A stretch of DNA of 64,000 nt from Acidimicrobiia bacterium. Lineage in GTDB: Bacteria; Actinomycetota; Acidimicrobiia; Spongiisociales; ZC4RG35. The position numbers and the translations under genes are program-made. Within the stretch, counting starts at the first letter, position 1, and the number at the start of each line of letters is the position of its first letter. The stretch covers positions 26,590 to 90,589 of the forward strand of contig JAAXHN010000002.1 in NCBI GenBank assembly GCA_012270885.1, read 5' to 3'. Below are positions 38,697 through 47,624 of this stretch, in pieces. Under the pieces are notes generated by a model. That model made no database searches. It was given only the letters and a program-made list of their open reading frames with translations, and had not been told where the DNA came from.

Positions 38697-40211
38697 TCAC
38701 TTGGCGCCCACGGCGCGGTTCAGAGCGTCTACGAACGCCTCGGCTGAGCCCTCCACCACGTCGGTCGAGACTGCCTTCCCCGAATAGGTGTTGTCAACGA
38801 CCCTTACCACCACGTTCACCTCGGCCATGGCATCCGCCCCCGATGTGACCGGCACAACCCGGTAATCGACCAACCGGGCTTCGATGCCGAAGCACTGCTT
38901 GATAGCCGAGAAAGCAGCGTGGACCATTCCGTCCCCGTGTCCGGTGTATTCGGAGGTGACGCCCCCTTTCTCCAGGGTGACCACGGCGGTGGGGGTCGTG
39001 TCATGGCCTCCTGATACGTTGATGCCTGCGATCCTCACCTCGGCGTCGGACGATTGGGACAAACCAGTGGAGGCGATAGCCCGAAGCTCGCGTTCGCCGA
39101 TCTCCAGCTTTCGGTCGGCCATGGCCTTGAACTTCTCGAAGGCTTGGTTGAACTCGTCCTCCTCCAGGGAAAGGTTCAGGTTTGCCAGGGCGTCGGCAAA
39201 GCCCGCTCGGCCGGAGTGCTTGCCGAGAATGATCTGGGCGCCTCTCTGGCCGATGGACTCGGCGTTCATTATCTCGTAGGTCTCCGGGTCGCGGAGCACG
39301 CCGTGCTGGTGGATCCCCGACTCGTGGGCGAAGGCATTGCGGCCCACCACCGCCTTGTTGAATTGCACCGGATAACCGGTCAGCTGGGAAACCAGCCGGG
39401 AGGTGTCAAAGATCTGGGTAGTGTCCGCTCCTATTTCCACCCCGAAGACGTCCTGGCGGGTCTTGATGGCCATGATGATCTCCTCGATGGAGGTGTTGCC
39501 GGCCCGCTCGCCGATGCCGTTCACCGCTCCTTCGATCTGCCGCGCTCCTGCGGAGATGGCCGACAGGGAGTTCGCCACCGCCAGCCCCAGATCATCGTGA
39601 CAGTGAACCGAGATGGTGACGTCGCTCCGGTCGCCTCGCACCTCTGCGTAGATGCGCTTCAGCAACTCCACGAACTCGGCAGGGGTGGCGTATCCCACCG
39701 TGTCGGGGATGTTAATGGTGGTGGCGCCGGCCTCTACGGCCGCCCGGCACACATCCACCAGGAACTGGTGGTCGGAGCGGGTGGCGTCCTGGGGGGAGAA
39801 TTCCACGTCCCCGGTGTAGCGGCGAGCCCGCCGGACCCCTTCAACCGAGGCTCTCAGCACCTCCGAGGGGGTCATGCGCAACATCCGTTTCATGTGGATC
39901 GGGGATGTGGACATGAACACGTGGATGCGGGCCCGGTCGGCATGACGCAGGGCGTCCCACGCCTGGTCGATATCGTCGGGGTGGGCGCGGGCCAGGCTGG
40001 CGATCACCGGTCCCTTCACCTCCGCGGCTATCTGTGAGACCGCGCGAAAATCGCCGGAGGAGGAGGCCGCGAACCCGGCTTCCAGAACATCTACTCGCAG
40101 CCGGGCCAACTGGTGAGCGATTACGAGTTTTTCATCCGGTGTCAGGGCGATGCCGGGGGCTTGCTCCCCGTCTCGCAGGGTCGTGTCGAAGATGATCAAT
40201 TTGTCGGACAT
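38697..40211 (-). CDS. leuA: 2-isopropylmalate synthase
   Basis: 504 aa. N-terminus IFDTTLRDGEQAPG, the HMGL-like barrel and a C-terminal LeuA dimerisation domain. Confidence 0.9.
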   Translation of the reverse strand: MSDKLIIFDTTLRDGEQAPGIALTPDEKLVIAHQLARLRVDVLEAGFAASSSGDFRAVSQIAAEVKGPVIASLARAHPDDIDQAWDALRHADRARIHVFMSTSPIHMKRMLRMTPSEVLRASVEGVRRARRYTGDVEFSPQDATRSDHQFLVDVCRAAVEAGATTINIPDTVGYATPAEFVELLKRIYAEVRGDRSDVTISVHCHDDLGLAVANSLSAISAGARQIEGAVNGIGERAGNTSIEEIIMAIKTRQDVFGVEIGADTTQIFDTSRLVSQLTGYPVQFNKAVVGRNAFAHESGIHQHGVLRDPETYEIMNAESIGQRGAQIILGKHSGRAGFADALANLNLSLEEDEFNQAFEKFKAMADRKLEIGERELRAIASTGLSQSSDAEVRIAGINVSGGHDTTPTAVVTLEKGGVTSEYTGHGDGMVHAAFSAIKQCFGIEARLVDYRVVPVTSGADAMAEVNVVVRVVDNTYSGKAVSTDVVEGSAEAFVDALNRAVGAK

Positions 40212-40349
40212 GGAGGCTCCTGGCTGTTGAGTTGAGGGCTGAGATCTAGGGGGTGTGAAGGCCGGGCCGGCGAAGGCCGCCGCCCGGCCGAGTCAGCGCC
40301 AGACAACCCTGGGTGAGCGTTCCGGACAGTGTCAGGACCCCGGTGTGAT

Positions 40350-41354
40350 TCACTCGGGTGCCTTGGGGTCGAGGAAGGGCATCATTTGACGAAGTTCCCG
40401 TCCCACCTCTTCGATGGGATGCGACTGGTTGGCGGCCCGCTGCTCCAGAAGGTAGGGAGCTCCTTCCCTGGCCTGGGCCATCCACTCGCGGGCAAAGGCG
40501 CCGGATTGTATCTCCGCCAGCACCCTCTTCATCTCGGCGCGGCTCTCTTCGGTGATGATCCGCGCTCCCCTGGTGTAGTCGCCGTACTCGGCGGTGTCGG
40601 AGACGGAGTAGCGCATCCAGGACAGACCCCCCTCGTACAGGAGGTCCACTATCAACTTCAACTCGTGGAGAGTCTCGAAGTAGGCGGACTCGGGTTCGTA
40701 ACCCGCCTCCACCAGCGTTTCGTAGGAGGCTTTGATCAACTGGGAGACGCCTCCGCACAGGATTACCTGCTCGCCGAAGAGATCGGTCTCGGTCTCCTCC
40801 CGGAAGGTGGTTTGCAGCACGCCCGCCCGGGCCCCACCGATTCCCCAGGAATAGGACATTCCCAACTCGAATGCGCCTCCGGTGGCGTCCTGGTGGATGG
40901 CAAGCAGACAGGGAACCCCGGATCCCTCCGTGTAGGTGCGCCGTACCAGATGACCCGGGCCCTTGGGCGCAACCATCAAGACGTCGAGGTCGGCGGCGGG
41001 TGTTATCTCTCCAAAGTGGATGTTGAACCCGTGGGCGAACAGCAGTGCGTTGCCGGGCGCCATCCGGTCGGCGATCCGGGCGTTGTAGAAGTCGGCCATG
41101 AGTTGGTCCGGGACCAGCATCGTGACGACGTCGGCCCACTCGGCGGCGTCTGGGGGATCCATCACCGCCAGCCCGTCGTCCAGGACTTGGTAGCGCCGGG
41201 CCGACTCCGGCCGGAGGCCCACCACCACTTCCACCCCGGATTCGGACAGGTTGAGAGCGTGGGCGTGGCCCTGGCTCCCATAGCCGATAACGGCTACCTT
41301 GCGGCCCTTGATTACCTCGGGATCCGCGTCCTTGTCATAGAAGATCTCGGCCAC
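40350..41354 (-). CDS. ilvC: ketol-acid reductoisomerase
   Basis: 334 aa. [17 protein letters not shown] Rossmann motif and IlvC C-terminal domain. Confidence 0.95.
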   Translation of the reverse strand: MAEIFYDKDADPEVIKGRKVAVIGYGSQGHAHALNLSESGVEVVVGLRPESARRYQVLDDGLAVMDPPDAAEWADVVTMLVPDQLMADFYNARIADRMAPGNALLFAHGFNIHFGEITPAADLDVLMVAPKGPGHLVRRTYTEGSGVPCLLAIHQDATGGAFELGMSYSWGIGGARAGVLQTTFREETETDLFGEQVILCGGVSQLIKASYETLVEAGYEPESAYFETLHELKLIVDLLYEGGLSWMRYSVSDTAEYGDYTRGARIITEESRAEMKRVLAEIQSGAFAREWMAQAREGAPYLLEQRAANQSHPIEEVGRELRQMMPFLDPKAPE

Positions 41355-41369
41355 TTAAGCTCTCACCGC

Positions 41370-41894
41370 TTATCCCACCGCCCTCATCCGGGAGGGCTTG
41401 CTCTTGGCGGCCCGCCCGATGGCAATCCGCCCCGACTTGACCAGTTCCACCACACCGAACGGCCTCAGAAGCTCGATGAGGTCGTTCAGCTTCGCAGGTC
41501 GACCCGTCACTTCGAAGGTGAGACTGTTGTATCCCACGTCCACCACGGTCGCTTTGAAGATGTTGGCTACTTCAATTACCTCGGTACGAGCGGTGCCGGT
41601 GGCTGCAACACGGATCAGCATGGTCTCTCGCTCCACCGCCATGGATGGCTCGAGTTCGAAAATCCTGATCACATTGATCAGCTTGTGAAGTTGCTTCTTC
41701 ACCTGTTCGATCTTCTCGGACTCCACCACCACAGTGATGCGGGAGAGGCCCGGATCGATGGTTGGGCCCACAGCCAGCGAATGGATGTTGAACCCTCGGC
41801 GGGCCAGGCAGGAGGACACCCGGGCCAACACTCCCGGGCGATTCTCCACAACCAGGCTCAACGTATGGCGGGGTGGATGTGAGAATGTGGTCAC
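41370..41894 (-). CDS. ilvN: acetolactate synthase small (regulatory) subunit
   Basis: Putative GTG start 41894, 2 nt after the ilvB stop. ACT domain HTLSLVVENRPGVLARVSSCLARRGFNI. The ORF-track 5' extension is spurious. Confidence 0.85.
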   Translation of the reverse strand: MTTFSHPPRHTLSLVVENRPGVLARVSSCLARRGFNIHSLAVGPTIDPGLSRITVVVESEKIEQVKKQLHKLINVIRIFELEPSMAVERETMLIRVAATGTARTEVIEVANIFKATVVDVGYNSLTFEVTGRPAKLNDLIELLRPFGVVELVKSGRIAIGRAAKSKPSRMRAVG

Positions 41895-41896
41895 TT

Positions 41897-43600
41897 TCAG
41901 TCCCCAGGCTCCGGTCCCAGGATCACGTTGTCGTTGGAGCCTCCGGCAGGGACCATCGGGAAGACCATCTCGTCGGGGTCGACCACCATCTCCACCACCA
42001 CCGGGCGGTCGTCGATGGCCAGGGACTTCTCGAGGATGGGGCCCACCTCCTCCGGCACCTCGGCCCGCAGCCCGATGCAGCCCATTCCCTCGGCAAGTTT
42101 CACGTAGTCCACGACCTCGGCATTGAGCAGGCTTGCCGAGAGCCGCCCTCCGTAAAAGAGCTTCTGCCACTGTTTGACCATGCCGTGGGCGCCGTTGTTG
42201 AAGACAGCCACCTTGACGGGGACCTGGTGGGCGGCGGCGGTGATCAATTCCTGGAAGGTCATCTGGAAGCACCCGTCGCCGTCCACTGCATAGACGAGTT
42301 CATCCGGCATCCCCGCTTTGGCGCCGATCGCGGCCGGGACCGCGAATCCCATGGTTCCCAGTCCCCCGGAGTTGATCCAGCGGCGCGGGCGATCGAAGTC
42401 CCAGAATTGCGAGGCCCACATCTGGTGCTGGCCGACTCCCGCCACCAGGACGGCGTCCCCACCGGTGATCCTGGCCAACTCCTCTATTACGAACTGGGGC
42501 TTGATCGGACCGTCCGGTTGCTGGTCGTAGGAGAGCGGATACTCGGTCTGCCATTCCCGTATGGTTTCCAACCACTCCTGATTGGCGATCGGTGGACGGT
42601 CTCCCCAAGCCTTGATCATCTGCGTCAACACCCGGCGGGCATCTGCCACGATCGGTATGTCGGCGGCTCGCACCTTGCCTATCTCCGCGGGGTCGACATC
42701 GGCGTGGATTATTTTGGCGCCCACCGCAAAATGGTCGGGATCGCCGGTTACCCGGTCATCGAAGCGAACCCCGAAGGCCGCCAGGACGTCGCACTTCTGC
42801 ATGGAGGTGATGGCTGTGTAATTGCCATGCATACCCGGCATCCCCAGACACAGCGGATGGCTGTCGGGGATGGCGCCCCTTCCCATCAGGGTGGTCACCA
42901 CCGGGATGTTTGTGATTTCCGCGAACCGGGTCAATGCCTCGGAAGCCTCGGACTTGATTATGCCTCCCCCCACATAGAGCACCGGTCGCCGGCTGGCCGC
43001 CAGCATCTCGACTGCTTCCTTCACGCGCCGCGGATGGCCGTCCAAAGTGGGTTTGTAACCGGGAAGTTCCAGATCTTGGGGTGCATGCCACTTAGTCTCC
43101 TGATTCAGCACATCCTTGGGCAGATCGATCAACACCGGTCCGGGCCGACCGGAGGAGGCAAGGTGAAAGGCTTGGTGGATAACGGTTGGGATGTCATCGG
43201 GATCGGTGACGAAGTAGTTGTGTTTTGTGGCAGGCATGGTGATCCCCACCGTGTAAGCCTCTTGGAAGGCGTCGTTGCCGACCGCGTGGGTTGGAACCTG
43301 CCCGGTGATGGCAACCATGGGCACGGAGTCCATAAGGGCGTCCGCCAGAGGAGTCACCAGGTTGGTCGCCCCCGGTCCCGAGGTGGCGACACACACGCCC
43401 ACTCGTCCGGTGGCCCATGCGTAACCGGCTGCCATATGGCCGGCGCCCTGTTCGTGGCGGGCCAGGATGTGGCGGATAGGGCTGGAATAGAGGGGGTCGT
43501 AAGCGGGGAGGATCGCTCCACCGGGTATGCCGAATATCAGATCGACGCCCTCGTGCTCCAGGGAGGAGATAACCGATTGCGATCCGGTGATTGTTGTCAT
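41897..43600 (-). CDS. ilvB: acetolactate synthase large (catalytic) subunit
   Basis: 567 aa. ThDP-binding GDG...N motif and FAD region. Full-length AHAS. Confidence 0.95.
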   Translation of the reverse strand: MTTITGSQSVISSLEHEGVDLIFGIPGGAILPAYDPLYSSPIRHILARHEQGAGHMAAGYAWATGRVGVCVATSGPGATNLVTPLADALMDSVPMVAITGQVPTHAVGNDAFQEAYTVGITMPATKHNYFVTDPDDIPTVIHQAFHLASSGRPGPVLIDLPKDVLNQETKWHAPQDLELPGYKPTLDGHPRRVKEAVEMLAASRRPVLYVGGGIIKSEASEALTRFAEITNIPVVTTLMGRGAIPDSHPLCLGMPGMHGNYTAITSMQKCDVLAAFGVRFDDRVTGDPDHFAVGAKIIHADVDPAEIGKVRAADIPIVADARRVLTQMIKAWGDRPPIANQEWLETIREWQTEYPLSYDQQPDGPIKPQFVIEELARITGGDAVLVAGVGQHQMWASQFWDFDRPRRWINSGGLGTMGFAVPAAIGAKAGMPDELVYAVDGDGCFQMTFQELITAAAHQVPVKVAVFNNGAHGMVKQWQKLFYGGRLSASLLNAEVVDYVKLAEGMGCIGLRAEVPEEVGPILEKSLAIDDRPVVVEMVVDPDEMVFPMVPAGGSNDNVILGPEPGD

Positions 43601-43632
43601 GGTGGTTGGCTTTCGTGAGGCTTACAAAGAGA

Positions 43633-43655
43633 AATCCCTCCTTTGGGGAGGGATT
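43633..43655 (-). terminator. candidate attenuator/terminator hairpin in the ilvB leader (9-bp perfect stem, 5-nt loop, followed by a U-rich tract on the mRNA strand)
   Basis: Plus strand AATCCCTCC-tttgg-GGAGGGATT at 43633-43655. On the minus-strand mRNA it is followed by UCUCUUUGU and then 25 nt to the ilvB AUG. Confidence 0.4.
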
Positions 43656-43683
43656 CAGCGCACACGCGGTTTATGCGCGTACG

Positions 43684-43719
43684 CTATTGGAGTACCAGCA
43701 ACAGATGGATATTTCTCAT
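43684..43719 (-). CDS. putative ilvB leader peptide MRNIHLLLVLQ (11 aa, 6 of 11 residues Leu/Ile/Val)
   Basis: Minus-strand ATG at 43719, TAG at 43686-43684. Sits between a sigma70-like promoter and the hairpin. Not in the ORF track because it is below the size cutoff. Confidence 0.4.
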   Translation of the reverse strand: MRNIHLLLVLQ

Positions 43720-43728
43720 TGATTGGAC

Positions 43729-43757
43729 ATTATGGTCTCTCGTTCGCAACCTTGCAA
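43729..43757 (-). promoter_or_regulatory. candidate sigma-70-type promoter TTGCAA-N17-CATAAT for the ilvBNC-leuA-leuB operon
   Basis: -35 at 43757..43752 and -10 at 43734..43729 on the minus strand. The predicted transcription start is 2-4 nt upstream of the leader-peptide ATG, so the transcript may be leaderless. Confidence 0.3.
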
Positions 43758-43853
43758 CTCGAAAAAGGGAATTGATGCCCTCTTGCCAACTATGGAAGTG
43801 CAAATAACGCCCGTAGCCGTATCTTTAAGAGACGTGAAGGCAGCCCTTGATCA

Positions 43854-45110
43854 ATGAATTTTCGGCCTGAAGACTTTCGGCTTGCTTTGGAGGAGGCCCG
43901 AAGGGTGATCAAGGCTATGCGACCGGACGAGGTTCCCCATACTCTCCGTAGGACCCGTAGTTCTTCGTCCCGGAAGCTGACGCCCATAGAGGCCCAGGCC
44001 CTGTACCGGGAACTCGAAAGAGACGCAGGCTTCCGCCAAGCCACCCTCAGCGGTTGGGACGCTGGGAGACAGAACAGCACCGATCCCCGTACTGCCGCGT
44101 CGATCCTCTTTCTGGAGAGGTCGGAGGGGTGGGAGTTCCGTGCCAGGGGGTATCTGGCCGAGGTAGGGCGGGAAGAGGCCCGAATGGACGCCGAAGAGCT
44201 CAGGGCGAGCCTGGGGGAGGCGCAGTCGGAGGTGAGGCTGCTCAAGAACCAGTTGGTGGAGCAGCGGCGGCTGGCTGAGAGGAGCACTCGACACCGCACC
44301 GATCAGTTGCGAAGGGATCTGAGTCGCGCCCGGGAGCGAATCGGCGAACTTGAGAGACAAGTCGCTGAGGAGACCAGAGAGTCGGCGAGATGGGAGAGAG
44401 AGACCAACGCAGCCTGGGACGAACTGACCGTGGCCGATAACCGATATGACGACCTGCGCAAGCGATACAGGCTGAAAACGAAGCCTGTTTCTGCTCGTTC
44501 GAGCGCTGGCTCCGGAGGGGAGGTCGGATTCATCCGAGATCCCCTGGAAGCCGCTCGGATGCTGGATCAGATGGTGAGCTACTGGGAGGTGGGCTCGGAC
44601 TCCCAGCCTGAACGGGACGAGCCGCGCCCCAAGTTGCTGGAGCTTCCAACGGGGATGGATCCCAGGTCGGGCGGGGCGATGCAGTGGGTTTATTATGAAG
44701 CTCCCCGGCTCATCCTGGTGGTGGATGGGTGGAATGCTGCTCACTACTGGAACTCTCACCGGCGCGTCCCCGGCAAACCGGACCTGGGGACGATCGGGTT
44801 CATCACCACCAAACTGGACAATCTGGCCGAGTACTCGATCGGCCGCCACCAGGTGCTCCTCTACCTGGACTCCCGGCACGTGAGCGGGCTGGACCTGGAC
44901 TGGGACAACCGGTTCATAAGCGGGCGCCTCACCGGCTTTTATGTGGAGGACGCCGATGACGCCATCGCCAGGGAAGCCGCCGGTCGGGCTGGGGAGCGGG
45001 TGGCGGTTATCACCAGCGACAACGGTCTGGCGGAACGTTGCCGGGCCCACGGTGCGGTCATTCTGGCCTCGGAGGCGTTAGCGGAGTGGATGGCAAGCTC
45101 GCCGGTCTGA
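43854..45110 (+). CDS. coiled-coil protein with C-terminal NYN/YacP-like (PIN-related) nuclease domain
   Basis: N-terminal Arg/Glu-rich heptad region of about 250 aa. The C-terminus carries LILVVDGWNAAHYW, VLLYLDS and VAVITSDNGLAERCRAHGAVILASEAL, which match the YacP/Rae1 NYN pattern. Confidence 0.65.
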   Translation: MNFRPEDFRLALEEARRVIKAMRPDEVPHTLRRTRSSSSRKLTPIEAQALYRELERDAGFRQATLSGWDAGRQNSTDPRTAASILFLERSEGWEFRARGYLAEVGREEARMDAEELRASLGEAQSEVRLLKNQLVEQRRLAERSTRHRTDQLRRDLSRARERIGELERQVAEETRESARWERETNAAWDELTVADNRYDDLRKRYRLKTKPVSARSSAGSGGEVGFIRDPLEAARMLDQMVSYWEVGSDSQPERDEPRPKLLELPTGMDPRSGGAMQWVYYEAPRLILVVDGWNAAHYWNSHRRVPGKPDLGTIGFITTKLDNLAEYSIGRHQVLLYLDSRHVSGLDLDWDNRFISGRLTGFYVEDADDAIAREAAGRAGERVAVITSDNGLAERCRAHGAVILASEALAEWMASSPV

Positions 45111-46201
45111 CCGCCCGACTGGTCGCCCTGGCCGCCGAGGCAGGACTGGACCGGGTCGGGGTCTGCACCACCGATCCCTTCTCCGCCACCCGGATCACGA
45201 TCCGTTCCCGCAAGTCCACGGGGATGTCCGCCCGGCTGGGTTTCACCTTCACCGATCCGGACGTCTCCACCGATATCCGGCGCTCCTACCCCTGGGCAGA
45301 ACGACTGGTGGTCGGGATCCGATCCTATCTCCCTGATGCAGGCCATCCGGGCGCGGCCCTACCCGGTCGGGGACGGGTAGCCCGTTTCGCGGTTACCGAC
45401 GCCTACCAGCCCCTCCGGTCTGGCCTGGAGAGACTGGCGGCCGAACTGGGGGAGGCCGGGTTCCGGTCCGAGGTGCTGGTTGACGATTCCCGCTTGGTGG
45501 ACCGCGCGGCGGCGGTGAGAGCCGGGGTGGGGTGGTGGGGGAAGAGCACCATGGTTCTGTCGCCGGGCTTGGGACCATGGTTTCTGATCGGATCGGTGGT
45601 AACCGACGCCCGATTGCCGGTTTCGGGGCTCATGGAGCGGAATTGCGGGAGTTGTGAGGCATGTCTTCCCGCCTGTCCGACCGGGGCCCTGGTGGCGCCA
45701 GGCGTGCTGGACGCCAGGTTGTGCCTGGCGGCCCTGGCTCAGAGCCCGGGAGTCATACCTCGGGACCTGCGCCCCCTTCTGGAGGATCGCCTATATGGGT
45801 GTGACGAATGTCTGACGGCCTGCCCGCCCGGCTCCCGGCTGCTGGATCGGGCTGCCTCCCCCCGGGGATCGGTGGACCTGGTAGAGCTTCTGCGGACCCC
45901 GGATCGGGAGCTGACCGGCGGGTTTTCCCACTTCTATCTTCCCTCCCGCCGGCCCCGGGTGTTGCGCCGCAACGCCCTGGTGTCCCTGGGAAACACCGGG
46001 ATGGTGGAACACCTCGACTTGGTGGCCGGCTATCTGGGCAGTCCCGACTGGATGCTTCGGCTGCATGCGGTATGGGCGGTCCATCGTATGGGAGTGAGGA
46101 TGTCCACTCGCCGGGCGGAGATGTTCCTCCGGCACGCCGCTTCTCGGGAGAGGTCCCCGGAGGTAAGGGAGGAATTGGCCCTGGCAGGGGTAGGGGTGTG
46201 A
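45086..46201 (+). CDS. queG: epoxyqueuosine reductase
   Basis: Two 4Fe-4S ferredoxin motifs (CGSCEACLPACPTGA, CDECLTACPPG) and a HEAT-like C-terminus. Putative GTG start 45086 overlaps the upstream gene by 25 nt. Confidence 0.8.
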   Translation: MDGKLAGLTARLVALAAEAGLDRVGVCTTDPFSATRITIRSRKSTGMSARLGFTFTDPDVSTDIRRSYPWAERLVVGIRSYLPDAGHPGAALPGRGRVARFAVTDAYQPLRSGLERLAAELGEAGFRSEVLVDDSRLVDRAAAVRAGVGWWGKSTMVLSPGLGPWFLIGSVVTDARLPVSGLMERNCGSCEACLPACPTGALVAPGVLDARLCLAALAQSPGVIPRDLRPLLEDRLYGCDECLTACPPGSRLLDRAASPRGSVDLVELLRTPDRELTGGFSHFYLPSRRPRVLRRNALVSLGNTGMVEHLDLVAGYLGSPDWMLRLHAVWAVHRMGVRMSTRRAEMFLRHAASRERSPEVREELALAGVGV

Positions 46202-46257
46202 ACGGAGACAGCTTCGAAGGGGAGTTAGCGCTCAGGCTTCGCTAGTTTCTGCGGGTT

Positions 46258-46986
46258 ATGAAGATGGATTCGCGCCTCGTTCTGCTGGCCGTCCTCGCCG
46301 CAGGGGTGATCGCCCTGGGATGGACCTGGCTGATCGGTGAAGACCCTGAGGAGGCGGCGCTGGAGACGGAGGCAGCGCTGGAGACCACCACCTCTTCGGT
46401 GGCAAACACGGTTGCGGATGAAGAACAGGACGCCGCTGCGGTTACGACCACGACTGTCCCGGCGACCACGGTCCCCACAACCACCACCACTGCTCCTACA
46501 ACCACAACCATCACCTTCCCAACTCCGGAGGTACTGGGAGAAGTCCATCCCCCACTGGTGGAAATCGATGGCTGGCTGCAGTCGCAGGTCGAAAGCCTCG
46601 AAGAGTTGCGCGGCAAGGTAGTCGTGGTGGAGTTCTGGACCTTCGGCTGCTACAACTGCAAGAACCGCATTCCCTACACCCAGGAGATGTACGCCAAATA
46701 CCGTGATCAGGGCTTGGAGATCGTCGGTATCCATTCCCCCGAGTTCAAATACGAAGAAGACGTGGAAAACATCAAGAAAGCCCTGGTTGACCTGGGGGTC
46801 ACCTGGCCGGTTGCACTGGACACCAAGCGCCGGACCTTCTGGGAGTGGCAGGCGGGCGGTACGGCCTACTGGCCGCGTACCTATGTGCTGGACCGGGAAG
46901 GCCGGGTTCGCTTCGACCACATCGGGGAGGGCAAGTACCGCGAGTTGGAGCAGACCGTGGCCTTCCTGCTCTCAGAGGGGATGTGA
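46258..46986 (+). CDS. TlpA/ResA-like membrane-anchored thiol-disulfide oxidoreductase (redoxin) with Thr/Pro-rich linker
   Basis: N-terminal transmembrane anchor, T/P-rich linker and a thioredoxin fold with a WTFGCYNC (CxxC) motif. Confidence 0.8.
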   Translation: MKMDSRLVLLAVLAAGVIALGWTWLIGEDPEEAALETEAALETTTSSVANTVADEEQDAAAVTTTTVPATTVPTTTTTAPTTTTITFPTPEVLGEVHPPLVEIDGWLQSQVESLEELRGKVVVVEFWTFGCYNCKNRIPYTQEMYAKYRDQGLEIVGIHSPEFKYEEDVENIKKALVDLGVTWPVALDTKRRTFWEWQAGGTAYWPRTYVLDREGRVRFDHIGEGKYRELEQTVAFLLSEGM

Positions 46987-47588
46987 GCCTTTTCGCGGAG
47001 GGGATCCGCTCAAGTGTTCTAGCTTGTTCCTACTCCGTCCTGCTGGTGGGCCTGGCGCTGGTGGTGCTGAGAAGAAAGGACCGCATGGTGGTACTGGGCA
47101 TGTTTGCCGCGTCCACCATCTTCTCGGCCTGGATCAGGGCGGCAGGCATCTCCAACTTCCTGGCGGGGCGGGTGGCGACTGTCCTGCTGGTGATCGTGGG
47201 ACTGGCGCTTGCTCTGATGGTGAACCGCCGGCCGGCCGGCCTCGCCGGGTCGGCTCTCCTGGGGACGTTCGCGGGGGCCACCTGGCAGCCTTGTGTGGGT
47301 GAAGAGCTGGGAGGGGTGCTCACCCTCGCCCAGGACCAGGCGGGGGTCGCGCTCCTGCTCTTGGCCGTCTACCTGGTAGGGGTGATGATTCCCCTGGTGG
47401 CGGTGATGGCCCTTTGCTCCTATGTTCCCGCCATCCGTCGGTGGATGGACGCCCGGTGGGTGGCATTGGGAGCCAAGGCGGTAATCGCGGCGATGGGAGT
47501 CCTGGTGTTGGCCGACCAATACGACACATTGCTCTCCACACTTGCACGGTGGTCGGCCACTTGGAGTGGGTATTCGGTTTTGGAATGA
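46983..47588 (+). CDS. ccdA: cytochrome c biogenesis/thiol-disulfide transmembrane electron transporter CcdA (DsbD core)
   Basis: Putative GTG start 46983 overlapping the tlpA stop (ATGTGA). Polytopic membrane protein with conserved Cys in TM1 (LACSYSV) and TM4 (WQPCVG). Confidence 0.7.
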   Translation: MSLFAEGIRSSVLACSYSVLLVGLALVVLRRKDRMVVLGMFAASTIFSAWIRAAGISNFLAGRVATVLLVIVGLALALMVNRRPAGLAGSALLGTFAGATWQPCVGEELGGVLTLAQDQAGVALLLLAVYLVGVMIPLVAVMALCSYVPAIRRWMDARWVALGAKAVIAAMGVLVLADQYDTLLSTLARWSATWSGYSVLE

Positions 47589-47624
47589 GGGTCCCTCCGA
47601 TCCCCCGAGGAGGATCCTTGTTCG

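Noticed and set aside
41873-43618. 581-aa plus-strand ORF covering all of ilvB
   Set aside because: It is antisense to the acetolactate synthase large subunit and has no recognisable domains. Same artefact class.
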